Shown here piece by piece: positions 41,223 through 50,250 of a stretch of DNA of 64,000 nucleotides. Positions within the stretch are counted from its first letter, which is position 1. Every line of letters begins with the position of its first letter. This DNA comes from an uncultured Planctomycetaceae bacterium (GTDB taxonomy: Bacteria; Planctomycetota; Planctomycetia; Isosphaerales; Isosphaeraceae), in NCBI GenBank assembly GCA_963833985.1, contig CAWIAD010000002.1, forward strand, positions 3,104,001 through 3,168,000, in the 5' to 3' direction. Both the position numbers and the translations under genes were made by a program. The notes under the pieces are model-generated. The model did not search any database. It was given only the letters and a program-made list of their open reading frames with translations, and was not told the origin of the DNA.

Positions 41223-42176
41223 ATGAGCAAGAGCGAGCGAGTGCTGGTCACTGGCGGAGCCGGGTTCATCGGCTCGCACCTGGTCGAGGCCCTGGTGCAG
41301 CAGGGCTACCGCGTACGCGTGGTCGACAACCTGGCCACGGGGCACCGGTCGAACCTCGCCCACCTGGAGGGCCGTTTCGAGTGGATCGAGGGCGACCTTG
41401 CAAACCTGGAAGTTTGCCGCCAGGCGGCCGAAGGCATGGGCTACGTCTTTCACCAGGGTGCGATTCCCAGCGTGCCGCGCTCGGTGCGCGAACCGCTCGA
41501 GTCGCACACGAGCGGGCCGACGGCCACGCTGAACATGCTGGAGGCCGCCCGCAGGGCAGGGGCCCGGCGGTTCATGTTCGCCGCGTCCAGCAGTGCCTAT
41601 GGCGACACCGTCGAATTGCCCAAGCACGAGGGCATGCTGCCCACGCCTCTCTCTCCCTACGCCGCGGGGAAGCTGGCCGGCGAGCATTACGTCAGCGTCT
41701 ATGCCCGCACGATGGGCCTGGACGGCGTGAGCCTGCGGTACTTCAACATCTTCGGCCCGCGCCAGGACCCTTCCAGCCCGTACAGCGGCGTGATCTCGCT
41801 CTTCATCCGGTTCATGTCCCAGGGCCGGCGGCCGACGATCTACGGTGACGGCCAGCAAACCCGCGACTTCACCTACGTGGCCAACGCCGTGGCCGCCAAT
41901 CTGGCCGCCATGCGGTCGGCCGAGCCGCTTGGGGGCCGTGTCTTCAATGTCGGCACCGGCCAGCGGATCAGCCTGCTGGACCTGGTCTCCACGCTCAACA
42001 AGATTCTTGGCACCGACCTGGAGCCGAACTTCCTGGAGCCGCGCGCCGGCGACGTGCGCGACTCGCTGGCCAGCCTGGAGCGGATTGAGCAGGTCCTGGG
42101 CTACAGGCCGGTCATCGCCTTCGAGGAGGGGCTGCGCCGGACCGTCGAGGCTTCTCTTGAACCGGCCGCATCATGA
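41223..42176 (+). CDS. NAD-dependent nucleotide-sugar epimerase/dehydratase (extended SDR)
   Basis: TGGAGFIGSH, SPYAAGK, RYFNIFGPRQDP, GDGQQTRDFTYV. Confidence 0.92.
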   Translation: MSKSERVLVTGGAGFIGSHLVEALVQQGYRVRVVDNLATGHRSNLAHLEGRFEWIEGDLANLEVCRQAAEGMGYVFHQGAIPSVPRSVREPLESHTSGPTATLNMLEAARRAGARRFMFAASSSAYGDTVELPKHEGMLPTPLSPYAAGKLAGEHYVSVYARTMGLDGVSLRYFNIFGPRQDPSSPYSGVISLFIRFMSQGRRPTIYGDGQQTRDFTYVANAVAANLAAMRSAEPLGGRVFNVGTGQRISLLDLVSTLNKILGTDLEPNFLEPRAGDVRDSLASLERIEQVLGYRPVIAFEEGLRRTVEASLEPAAS

Positions 42177-42258
42177 TAATCTCGGAAAAGAGCTGAAACA
42201 AAACGCCTCTCCGCCGGCACTATTCCCGATTCCTCTTCAACCAGGGAGTGGCTTGGCG

Positions 42259-43587
42259 ATGCGGAACGCCTCCCGTACCGAGGTTGTGCAGACCGTCGGA
42301 ACTCTTTTCCAGCTTGGCACAACGGCCGAGTGGTCCGACGGCGATCTGCTCGACCGCTTCGTGGCCGGCGAGGAGCAAGCCCGGGCGTCCGCGTTCGAGG
42401 TGCTCATCGATCGGCACGGTTCGATGGTCCTGGACGTCTGCCGCAACGTCCTGCGCAACGAGCATGAGGCCGAGGACGCCTTCCAGGCAACCTTTCTCAT
42501 CCTCGCGCAGCAGGCGCAGTCGATTCGCAAGCGGGGTTCGGTCGGGAGCTGGCTCTTCGGGGTCGCCAGCCGGGTGGCCGCGCGAGCGCGAGTGAATGCC
42601 GCCCGGCAAATGGCACGCGAACGGGCGTCCGCCCGGATCGTCTCCGTTCCTGCAACGTCCGATCCAGACGGAGACGTGATCGCCGCGCTTCATGAGGAGA
42701 TCGCTCGCTTGCCGGAGAAGTACCGCCAGCCTTTGATTCTCTGCGAGATCGAGGGGTTGTCGTACCAAACGGCTGCGACGCGGCTCGGCTGTCCCATCGG
42801 GACGGTTGGCGTCCGGCTCAAACGCGCCCGCGAGAAGCTACGGTCTCAACTGCTCGGCAGAGGGGATCTGGACGGTCTAGATGGGGATTGGGAGAAACTG
42901 GCGAGCCGCCGCAACCGCCAGCCAGCCGCTCCCGCACTGATCGCGACCCTTACTGAGCGAGCATCTCAACTGATCTCCGGCCGGCTACCCGAGGCCGGAG
43001 TGCTTCCTACCACCATCAGCACCCTCGTTCGGGAGACTTCCATGGCCATCTCAGTCAGGCAACTCATGACACGAGCGGCCGCCTTTCTGGTTATCGGATC
43101 CTCGGTCGCTGGCACGGGGGCCATCGGCTATCAGGCGGTGGTCCGGGGCGCTGCTCACGAGCCGCCCCTCCAGACGCCCGTGGCGCTGGCTTTCCGGGCT
43201 GCCGCACAGGTACCCAAGGTGCCGGTGAAACAGGACCCGGGAGATCCGGCGAAGAAGCCGCCCGTTTTCGCCCAGCGCGAGATCGCCAGGAGGGCGGTAC
43301 AGGCCATCGAGCAGATGCAGAAGCAGGCCGTGCCGACGCCGCCAGAGATTCAGCACAGGTGGGCACTGAGGCTGCTGGATGCGGAACGAGCGACAGCCCC
43401 GTCGAAAGTCGAAGAGATTGCCGCCCTGGAAGAATATGCCGCCCGGATGAAGCAGCTCTTGGAACGCGCGAAGAGCATGTACACCACCGGGCAGCTCGGC
43501 CTGCTCGATTCGCTGGAAGCGGAATACTGGTACAACGAGGCCGCAGCCTGGCTGGAAAAGGCCAGGGACGAGGCAAAGCGGCCGTGA
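42259..43587 (+). CDS. ECF sigma factor with TM helix and C-terminal extracytoplasmic extension
   Basis: SDGDLLDRF, HGSMVLDVCR, AEDAFQATFLIL, RLPEKYR, GTVGVRLKRAR. Confidence 0.9.
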   Translation: MRNASRTEVVQTVGTLFQLGTTAEWSDGDLLDRFVAGEEQARASAFEVLIDRHGSMVLDVCRNVLRNEHEAEDAFQATFLILAQQAQSIRKRGSVGSWLFGVASRVAARARVNAARQMARERASARIVSVPATSDPDGDVIAALHEEIARLPEKYRQPLILCEIEGLSYQTAATRLGCPIGTVGVRLKRAREKLRSQLLGRGDLDGLDGDWEKLASRRNRQPAAPALIATLTERASQLISGRLPEAGVLPTTISTLVRETSMAISVRQLMTRAAAFLVIGSSVAGTGAIGYQAVVRGAAHEPPLQTPVALAFRAAAQVPKVPVKQDPGDPAKKPPVFAQREIARRAVQAIEQMQKQAVPTPPEIQHRWALRLLDAERATAPSKVEEIAALEEYAARMKQLLERAKSMYTTGQLGLLDSLEAEYWYNEAAAWLEKARDEAKRP

Positions 43588-43610
43588 CGCCGATACGTCA
43601 GCCTCCGCGC

Positions 43611-44715
43611 TCACGCCGGACAGAGCCCGGCGAGGTCGCGGATGGCCGCCTGGGCGATCGGCGTGGGGCACGACCAGACCAGGAAGAAGAGCGCCTGGCG
43701 CGCCCAGCGCTGGGCGGGCTCGGAGCGCAGGAATCCGCTCCCCTTGCGCCGTCAAGTAGGCTTGCGTGGCCCGCAAGGCCAGCGCATTGGCCTGGGCCCG
43801 CACCTGGCTTGCTGCTGCCGCGTCCTTTTCGCCCCGTGCACAGGCCATGAGCAGTGCCCAGGCTTGCTGCCAGGTGTCGCAGAGCACGTCGGCCGGATCG
43901 GCCAGCTCCGCCCGGTCGGAAGCAAGGCCCGTGAGTGCCGCAAGCGCCGCGCGGGCCTGGCCGAGCGCCAGGGCCGAGGTCTCCAGACCCGCCGTTCCGA
44001 CCGCGCCGGGCTGGGCCGAGAGATCCTGGCTGGGGCCGGCAAGCAGGTCGTCCGCGGTCACCCGCACGTGCTCGAGGGCGACCTCGGTGGTGCACGAGGC
44101 TTGCAGCGCGGCCAGCTCGAACGCCGGGCGGACGGTCAGCCCGGGCCTGTCCACGGGCAGGGCGATGAGCATCTGCCGGCCGTCGTCGAGAAGTGCACCG
44201 GTCACCAGGACGTCAGCCCGCTCGGCCGCGGTCACCCACGGCATGGCACCGTCGAGCTGATAGGTTCCCGGCTCGATCTCCCTGGCGACCAGCGCCTGGG
44301 TGCCAAGCCGCCTGGAGGTCGTGAGCTGGGAGATTCCCACCGTGGAGAAAGCGCTTCCTTCCGCGATCGCACGCAGCCAGGGACGTGCCGCCGGCCGATC
44401 GCTCGCACCGGAGAGCCTGCGCACGGCGGCGTCATGCTGAGAGAGGATGAAGACCGCCGTCAGGCTGCCGCAGGCAAGCTGAGCATAGCGCTGAACCAGG
44501 AGCGGCCGCGGGCAGGCCTCGCCGCCGAACTCGCGCGGCAGAGACCAGCGCGTCGCGCCCGCGTCCACGAGTTGCCGCCAGAGCGTCTCCGGCCAGGTTC
44601 CCGCCAGATCGGCGGGCCCGTCCTCGGCGGCCAGGCTCTCGACCAGCCGCGCCATCCCTGCCTCTTCGTGGTCGTCCTCGGTCCATGGCGGCAGCGATGC
44701 GATCGGGTTGCTCAT
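43611..44715 (-). CDS. Acyl-CoA dehydrogenase-family protein (frameshift near 43746)
   Basis: LDGAMPWVT, LSQHDAA. The C-terminus KGSGFLRSEPAQRWARQALFFLVWSCP..* lies in another frame, ending at TGA 43613-43611. Confidence 0.8.
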
Positions 44716-44782
44716 GGTGCTTCCGGATGGGAGAATCCAGTCGTGTCGGTACGATGGTTATGGTCTCACAGGTCCAGAATCG

Positions 44783-45439
44783 ATGCCAGCCCCGTATTGC
44801 TATGAACACCCGCGTCCCATGGTGACGGTCGACCTGGTGGTCTTCGCGCTCTTGCAGGGGGCGTTGCATGTCTTGCTGGTTCGCCGCCGGCACGATCCGT
44901 TCGCGGGCCAGTGGGCGATTCCCGGCGGCTACCTGGAAATGAATGAGACGGCGGAAGCCGGCGCACGCCGCGAGCTGCGTGAGGAAACCGGCCTGGACGT
45001 CCCCTGCGCCATCGAGCCGATCGGCTTCTTCGCCCGGCCCGACCGCGACCCGCGCGGTCGCACCATCACCCTGGCGTATGCGGCCGTCTTGCCGCCCGGC
45101 GAATACCTGGTCCAGGGCTCGGACGATGCCGTCGGGGCGGAATGGCTGCCCTTGAAAACGCGGATCGACCTGGCGTTCGACCACGGCGAGATCCTGGCAA
45201 ACGCCATCGCCTGGGTGAAGCGCGGAGTGCTGGCGCGCTCGCGGGCGCTCGCCTTCCAGCTTCTGCCCGAGACCTTCGACCGCGATCACTTGCAGGCGCT
45301 GATGGAGGACCTGGGCCTGCCGCGCTGGCACGCCGATACGTGGCTGGGCCGCATGGCACAGTCCGGGCGAGTCGAAGCACTCGATCCGCAAGCTTCCCAC
45401 TTCCGGCAGGTTCCACCCGGCCGACCCGGGCGGTCGTAA
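44783..45439 (+). CDS. NUDIX hydrolase, NrtR-like
   Basis: TVDLVVF, WAIPGG..ETAEAGARRELREETG Nudix box, PDRDPRGR, LAFDH, short C-terminal domain. Confidence 0.85.
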   Translation: MPAPYCYEHPRPMVTVDLVVFALLQGALHVLLVRRRHDPFAGQWAIPGGYLEMNETAEAGARRELREETGLDVPCAIEPIGFFARPDRDPRGRTITLAYAAVLPPGEYLVQGSDDAVGAEWLPLKTRIDLAFDHGEILANAIAWVKRGVLARSRALAFQLLPETFDRDHLQALMEDLGLPRWHADTWLGRMAQSGRVEALDPQASHFRQVPPGRPGRS

Positions 45440-45489
45440 AGAGCCAGCCCGCGGCCTGAACCCGGATCTCGCTCCGCTCACCGGCCGGA

Positions 45490-45984
45490 TCAGTTCGTCA
45501 GGTCAGCCTCGCAGAGCACCTCAAAGCCCATTTCCTGGAGGGTGCGGGTGGCCTGCTCGTTATTGTCGATATGCATGGCCACCGCCGCGCGGCCGCGCGG
45601 ATGGACGATCAGGGGGTAGGCGTAGTGGATATTGATCTCGGCCTGAAGCAGCGCCTTGCAGAGCTCCACCATCGCGTGGGGCGTACTGGGAAGCTCGGCG
45701 GCCACCAGCTCATTCTCGGCGAAGGCCAGCTTGTTCAGCGACAGGATCTCGCGGCCCTGTTCGGGATGACTGAGGATGAGGCGAAGGATGGAGCAATCCG
45801 CCGAGTCCGAGATCGTCAGGCCCACGATCTTGACCTTCGTCCCCTGGAACGAGCGCACCACCTCCAGCAACTGGCCGACGCGGTTCTCGAGGAAGACAGA
45901 GAATTGAGTGACAGTGGGCCAGGTCCGCCCGTGCAGGGTTTCCAGTTCAACTTCGCTGCCGCCGTCGTCCTCGCCGAAGCTCAT
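45490..45984 (-). CDS. Tandem ACT-domain protein
   Basis: QFSVFLENRVGQL, AEINIHYAYP. Confidence 0.85.
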   Translation of the reverse strand: MSFGEDDGGSEVELETLHGRTWPTVTQFSVFLENRVGQLLEVVRSFQGTKVKIVGLTISDSADCSILRLILSHPEQGREILSLNKLAFAENELVAAELPSTPHAMVELCKALLQAEINIHYAYPLIVHPRGRAAVAMHIDNNEQATRTLQEMGFEVLCEADLTN

Positions 45985-46085
45985 GAGGCCCTCATCTACC
46001 TGGGCGGAAGGGGGACCAGTACCGGATTACCTAAGTTACTGGCGGCAATGCATCCCGGTCAATGGCATCGATCACGCCACGGGCT

Positions 46086-46195
46086 GCGGAAGCGGCGACC
46101 GGATCGGACAGGCGGCGACATCTTCCCCCCGGTCTTTCGCCGAGCCGCGACGGAGGCGCGCGGAAGCGGCGACCGGATCGGACAGGCGGCGACAT
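46086..46195. repeat. Two identical 36-bp direct repeats separated by 38 bp
   Basis: gcggaagcggcgaccggatcggacaggcggcgacat at 46086-46121 and 46160-46195. Confidence 0.9.
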
Positions 46196-46225
46196 ACCAG
46201 GCAGCGGTGCCGAGGAGCCTTGACC

Positions 46226-46615
46226 ATGGCTGAGATTCCGTGCGTTCTCGTCTTACTGCCGATCTGGCTTATCCTGATGGTCTGGCAGGTCCGCTTCTAC
46301 TGGGTTGTCGTGCCCGCGGCTGTGGACAACTGGGCAGAGCGTGCCGGTTACAGGCTCCTCGTGAAGCAGCGCAGGAACTTCTTTCGTGGCCCTTTCTTCT
46401 GGATGACCAGCAACGTGCAGTCCGTCTATCGGATCGAGGTGCAAGATCGCCAAGGTCTGCGCAGGTCGGGCTGGCTGCGGACGGGCACCTACTGGTGGCC
46501 CTCGACCGAGCCCATCGACGTGCGCTGGGACGAGCCGCAATCGCCGGTGCCCGACCCGGATGACGATCCCACCGCCGGCAAACCCCTGATGTGGGACCGC
46601 GACCTGGATGCATGA
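46226..46615 (+). CDS. Small membrane-anchored hypothetical protein
   Basis: N-terminal TM helix; GPFFW..VYRIEV..RSGWL; GGAG-like RBS upstream. Confidence 0.7.
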   Translation: MAEIPCVLVLLPIWLILMVWQVRFYWVVVPAAVDNWAERAGYRLLVKQRRNFFRGPFFWMTSNVQSVYRIEVQDRQGLRRSGWLRTGTYWWPSTEPIDVRWDEPQSPVPDPDDDPTAGKPLMWDRDLDA

Positions 46616-46850
46616 GCCGTGCCCGGGTTCCCGCCTTGCAAGCTGAAGGCCATCGCTTCGGCTCAGGAAGCCTTGCTCAGACGATCCAATGGAAGCGGTG
46701 AACCGGGTCCGCGAAGGCGCGGACTTTCGTCTGGGCCTGGGGCATCGTCCCTTCTATGATGTGCGGCGGACGTGGCGTGGTCACCGGCTGTGCCACTCCG
46801 GTGGGCCAGCGGACGGTTGCTGAGACCTCAAGAATGGAGTCCGACACATC

Positions 46851-48068
46851 ATGAACGGAGCCAGATTCACGCGGTGCGTGGCACAGGCGGTAACCCTTCC
46901 GGTTTCCTGCGCCGCTGCCTTGCTTCTCCTGATTCTGTTCGCCCCCACCGCCTGGTCCGACCAGGCGCCGGACCTGCCTGGCAGCCACACGGGCGGAGGC
47001 ACGCAGGCGGAGGGCGCCAGGAAATCGCCATCCAGAGCGCTCAAGACCGAGGTTGTCAAGGAAACGGATGTGCCCTTCTACAGCACGTTCAAGACGTCGA
47101 TCGAGGCCGTCCGCGCGGCGAGTCTGCGTGCCGCCGTTTCGGGACGCATCGCGGAGATTGCCGTCAAGCCAGGGGATGAGGTGAAGAAAGGCCAGCTCCT
47201 GGTGCGGATCGAGGCACCGGAGATCGAGGCGGAGCTCGAGGAGAGCCGGTCTGGCGTGGAACGCGCCCGGACGCATGCCCGCAAGGCCCAGGCGCTGCTC
47301 GCGCTGGAGAGGATCAAGCGGGAAGCGGCACAGGCGAAGCGCGATCCGGATCAAGGGCTCGCAGTCCGCGAAGCGAGCGCCCGCATCGAGGTCGCCGAAA
47401 CCGAGGTCGCCGAGGCGGACGCCGCGGTCCAGGTTGCTCGCGATGCGGTCGGCAAGGTCATGGCACGCCTCGCTCTTGCCAGGATGGTCTTCCCTTTCGA
47501 CGGGACCGTGACCAGCGTGGAATGCCGGGAAAGCGACCTCGTGCAGGCCGGCGGTGGGAAGGATGATCCGGTGCTGGTGACGGTCATGGACATGTCGCGT
47601 GTCCGGATCGCCGTCGATCTCAACGAGCAGGACGCGATCTACCTGAAGAAAATGCCCGCCGCGAAACACAGGATCACTCCAACGGGCATGCCGCCGATCG
47701 AGGCCAGCTTCACGCGCTTCGCCCCGGTAATCGATCCGGCCAGCAGCACCGTGCGGGCGGAGTTCGAGCTTGGTAATTCACAAAGGACCCTGACCCCCGG
47801 CCAGTCCACCGAGGTCGTCGTGCGCGTTGAGGACCGGCATCACGTGATCACGATCCCGATCTCGGCGGTCGTGATGCCGGACATAGGCGACCATTACTGC
47901 TATCGCCTGATCGATGGCCGACCACAACGTGTCTTCTTTCTCTACTCGAGCTTTGAGAGAGGCAGTCGCGTCGAAGTCACGGGGCTCAAGCCGGGTGATC
48001 TCGTGGTGCTGGACGCCACACAGGTCGACCTGCCTGAATCGACCTCGGCGCCCGTGGTTTCGCCTTGA
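46851..48068 (+). CDS. RND efflux periplasmic adaptor (MFP) subunit
   Basis: AVSGRIAEIAVKPGDEVKKGQLL, FPFDGTV, IDPASST, GLKPGD. Confidence 0.85.
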   Translation: MNGARFTRCVAQAVTLPVSCAAALLLLILFAPTAWSDQAPDLPGSHTGGGTQAEGARKSPSRALKTEVVKETDVPFYSTFKTSIEAVRAASLRAAVSGRIAEIAVKPGDEVKKGQLLVRIEAPEIEAELEESRSGVERARTHARKAQALLALERIKREAAQAKRDPDQGLAVREASARIEVAETEVAEADAAVQVARDAVGKVMARLALARMVFPFDGTVTSVECRESDLVQAGGGKDDPVLVTVMDMSRVRIAVDLNEQDAIYLKKMPAAKHRITPTGMPPIEASFTRFAPVIDPASSTVRAEFELGNSQRTLTPGQSTEVVVRVEDRHHVITIPISAVVMPDIGDHYCYRLIDGRPQRVFFLYSSFERGSRVEVTGLKPGDLVVLDATQVDLPESTSAPVVSP

Positions 48069-48205
48069 AGGCAGCTTCCGGGGGCGATCATGACCGCGTC
48101 ATGTCTGCGAACCAGTGCCGGAAAATTTCTTCGAGAAAAGTGAAACCATTTCGCCCCCGTGCGCCTCCACGAGGATGGAGGAGGGGTCCGAGAGGGTTCG
48201 TTCAC

Positions 48206-50176
48206 ATGGCAAAGCCAGGCCGCGCCGGCGTGATTGATGATCTGGGCATGCTGCTCTCCGCGGGAACCCCCTGCGGGCTGCCTGATGACTGGCTCCTTGA
48301 AATGTTCGTCAGCCGGCCCGACGGTTCTGGCCAGGCGGCGTTCGCGGCGCTCGTCCAGCGGCACGGCCCGATGGTGCATCGAGTTTGCCGGGGCGTGCTC
48401 CGCGAGTGGCACGACGCCGATGACGCGTATCAGGCCACGTTCCTGATCCTCGCCCGCAAGGCGCGCTCGATCCGTGCGGGAGGTTCGATCGGGAGCTGGC
48501 TCTACGGTGTCGTGCGCCGGGTGGCCATTCACGCCCGCAAGGAGCGAACCCATCGCGGTGAGCGGGAGCGATCGGCCGGGATGGCGCTGCACGAGCGCCT
48601 GGCTTGCAGGGAGCAGGCCGAGCTCATGCCGGAGGTCCAGGAGGAGCTGGACCGGCTGCCCGAGAAGTATCGGGCCTCGGTGGTCCTTTGCGATCTCGAA
48701 GGCTTGACGCATGAAGCCGCCGCAAGCGCCCTGAGGGTGCCGGTCGGCACGCTCAAGGTGCGGCTGTTCCGGGGACGCGAGCGGCTGCGCGGGCAGTTCC
48801 GGCGCCGGGGTCTCGCTCCGGAGCCGCTGGCGGTTGGCATCCCTGCATCGGGTCTCTCTCCACCCCCCTCCAGGCTGGTCAATTCCACCATACGGGCCGC
48901 GATGAAGATCGCGGCAGGCAAGGCGGCCGGGACCTCCGCCCCGGTCACCGCTCTGGTCCAGGGAGCACTTCGCGCCATGTTTCTTGCAAGGCTGAAATCA
49001 TTGGTCCTGCTCGTGTTTCTGTCCTTACCCGTGATCCTTTCGGCCACGCTGTCGCGCAGCGCGGGCCCGCAAGACCGCGAGCCGCCGAAGGCCGCCGCCG
49101 GCAAAGCACAGCAAGAAGACGCTCAGGGTGAAGTCGAGCGCTTCACCGAAACCCTCAAGAGGTCCGAATTTGCCGGGACCCTGAGCCAGGCGACATCACT
49201 TGAGGCCAGAGCGAAGATCAACCTGTTTGCCTCCGTGGACGGCAGGCTGGAGAAAGTCCTGGTCGATGTCGGCGATCACGTGACCGCGGGCCAGGTGCTG
49301 GCGGAGATCGAAGCACCGCTGCTGCTTGCCGACCTGCAAGAGGCCGATGCGCTCGTCGCACGGGAAGCCGCTCGAGTCGACCTGGCGACGGCTCACCTTC
49401 AGGCCACCCAGGCTGGGCTCACACCGGAGTTATCGTCGAGGAACAGCAGCAATTCCGTGATCGGATTCGCGACTGCTCAGGCAAAGGCCGAGCTGGCGAT
49501 GGCCCAGGCCGAGCTCAAGGTTGCCAAGGCACGTTTCGAGCGCGCCCGTTCCCGCGTGAGCGCCGCCAGGGTCGTGTCCCCGATCGAGGGAGTGGTGAGC
49601 CGCCGCTTGCTGCAACAGGGCGAGATGATCCGATCTGCCGAGGAACGATCGTCGCACCTCTTCGAGATCCTGGAAACCTCTCGGTTGAGAGGCAGGTTCT
49701 CTGTTCCAGAGGGACAGGTGCCGTACCTTCACAAGGGCTTTCCCGTGATCCTGCGTTCGAAATCCGAGATGAACCGTCTCTACCTGGGCAAGGTTGTCCG
49801 TATCGACACCTTTGCGGCGGAGATGCTCGGCGGGGAGATGGCGGTTCCCGCCCTGCTCGAGTTCGAGAACCCGGACATGCGGTTGCGAATCAATCAGCGC
49901 GTCATGGTCACCGTCAAGCTCGCCCTCAAGCCAGCGGCCCTGACCGTCCCCATGAGCGCGGTCCTGAACCGGGCGGGCTTTGAGGGCACCGAGGTGGGAG
50001 AGTGTTTCACCGTCGTGGATGGCAAGGCGTCCTTGACCAGGCTCAAACTTGGCGCCGTGGACGATCAAGGCAAGCGCATCGAGGTCCGTTCCGGCCTCAA
50101 GGAAGGCGACGAGGTGATCACGATCGTCACTCCTGATATCAGGAGTGGAGAGCCGATCGGTTCAATCAAGAAGTAG
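48206..50176 (+). CDS. ECF sigma factor fused to RND periplasmic adaptor domain
   Basis: N-terminal HGPMVHRVCR..DAYQATFLIL..RLPEKYR; TM helix; C-terminal VDVGDHVTAGQVLAEI..SPIEGVV..GLKEGD. Confidence 0.88.
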   Translation: MAKPGRAGVIDDLGMLLSAGTPCGLPDDWLLEMFVSRPDGSGQAAFAALVQRHGPMVHRVCRGVLREWHDADDAYQATFLILARKARSIRAGGSIGSWLYGVVRRVAIHARKERTHRGERERSAGMALHERLACREQAELMPEVQEELDRLPEKYRASVVLCDLEGLTHEAAASALRVPVGTLKVRLFRGRERLRGQFRRRGLAPEPLAVGIPASGLSPPPSRLVNSTIRAAMKIAAGKAAGTSAPVTALVQGALRAMFLARLKSLVLLVFLSLPVILSATLSRSAGPQDREPPKAAAGKAQQEDAQGEVERFTETLKRSEFAGTLSQATSLEARAKINLFASVDGRLEKVLVDVGDHVTAGQVLAEIEAPLLLADLQEADALVAREAARVDLATAHLQATQAGLTPELSSRNSSNSVIGFATAQAKAELAMAQAELKVAKARFERARSRVSAARVVSPIEGVVSRRLLQQGEMIRSAEERSSHLFEILETSRLRGRFSVPEGQVPYLHKGFPVILRSKSEMNRLYLGKVVRIDTFAAEMLGGEMAVPALLEFENPDMRLRINQRVMVTVKLALKPAALTVPMSAVLNRAGFEGTEVGECFTVVDGKASLTRLKLGAVDDQGKRIEVRSGLKEGDEVITIVTPDIRSGEPIGSIKK

Positions 50177-50250
50177 GGGCTGCCCAGCCGGCAGCCGACC
50201 GGGCAGAATGCTCCCAGCGAACCAGATCGGTGCGGGGAGCCGGGTGATGA

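Noticed and set aside
43051..43610. C-terminal extension of ORF 43051..44715
   Set aside because: Read-through caused by the frameshift; it overlaps the ECF gene on the opposite strand.
15750..43750. Programmed ribosomal frameshifting as the cause of split genes
   Set aside because: No slippery heptamers at the breaks, and the affected genes are unrelated; error is more parsimonious.
46086..46195. CRISPR array call
   Set aside because: Only two repeats, no leader, no cas genes; kept as a plain repeat.
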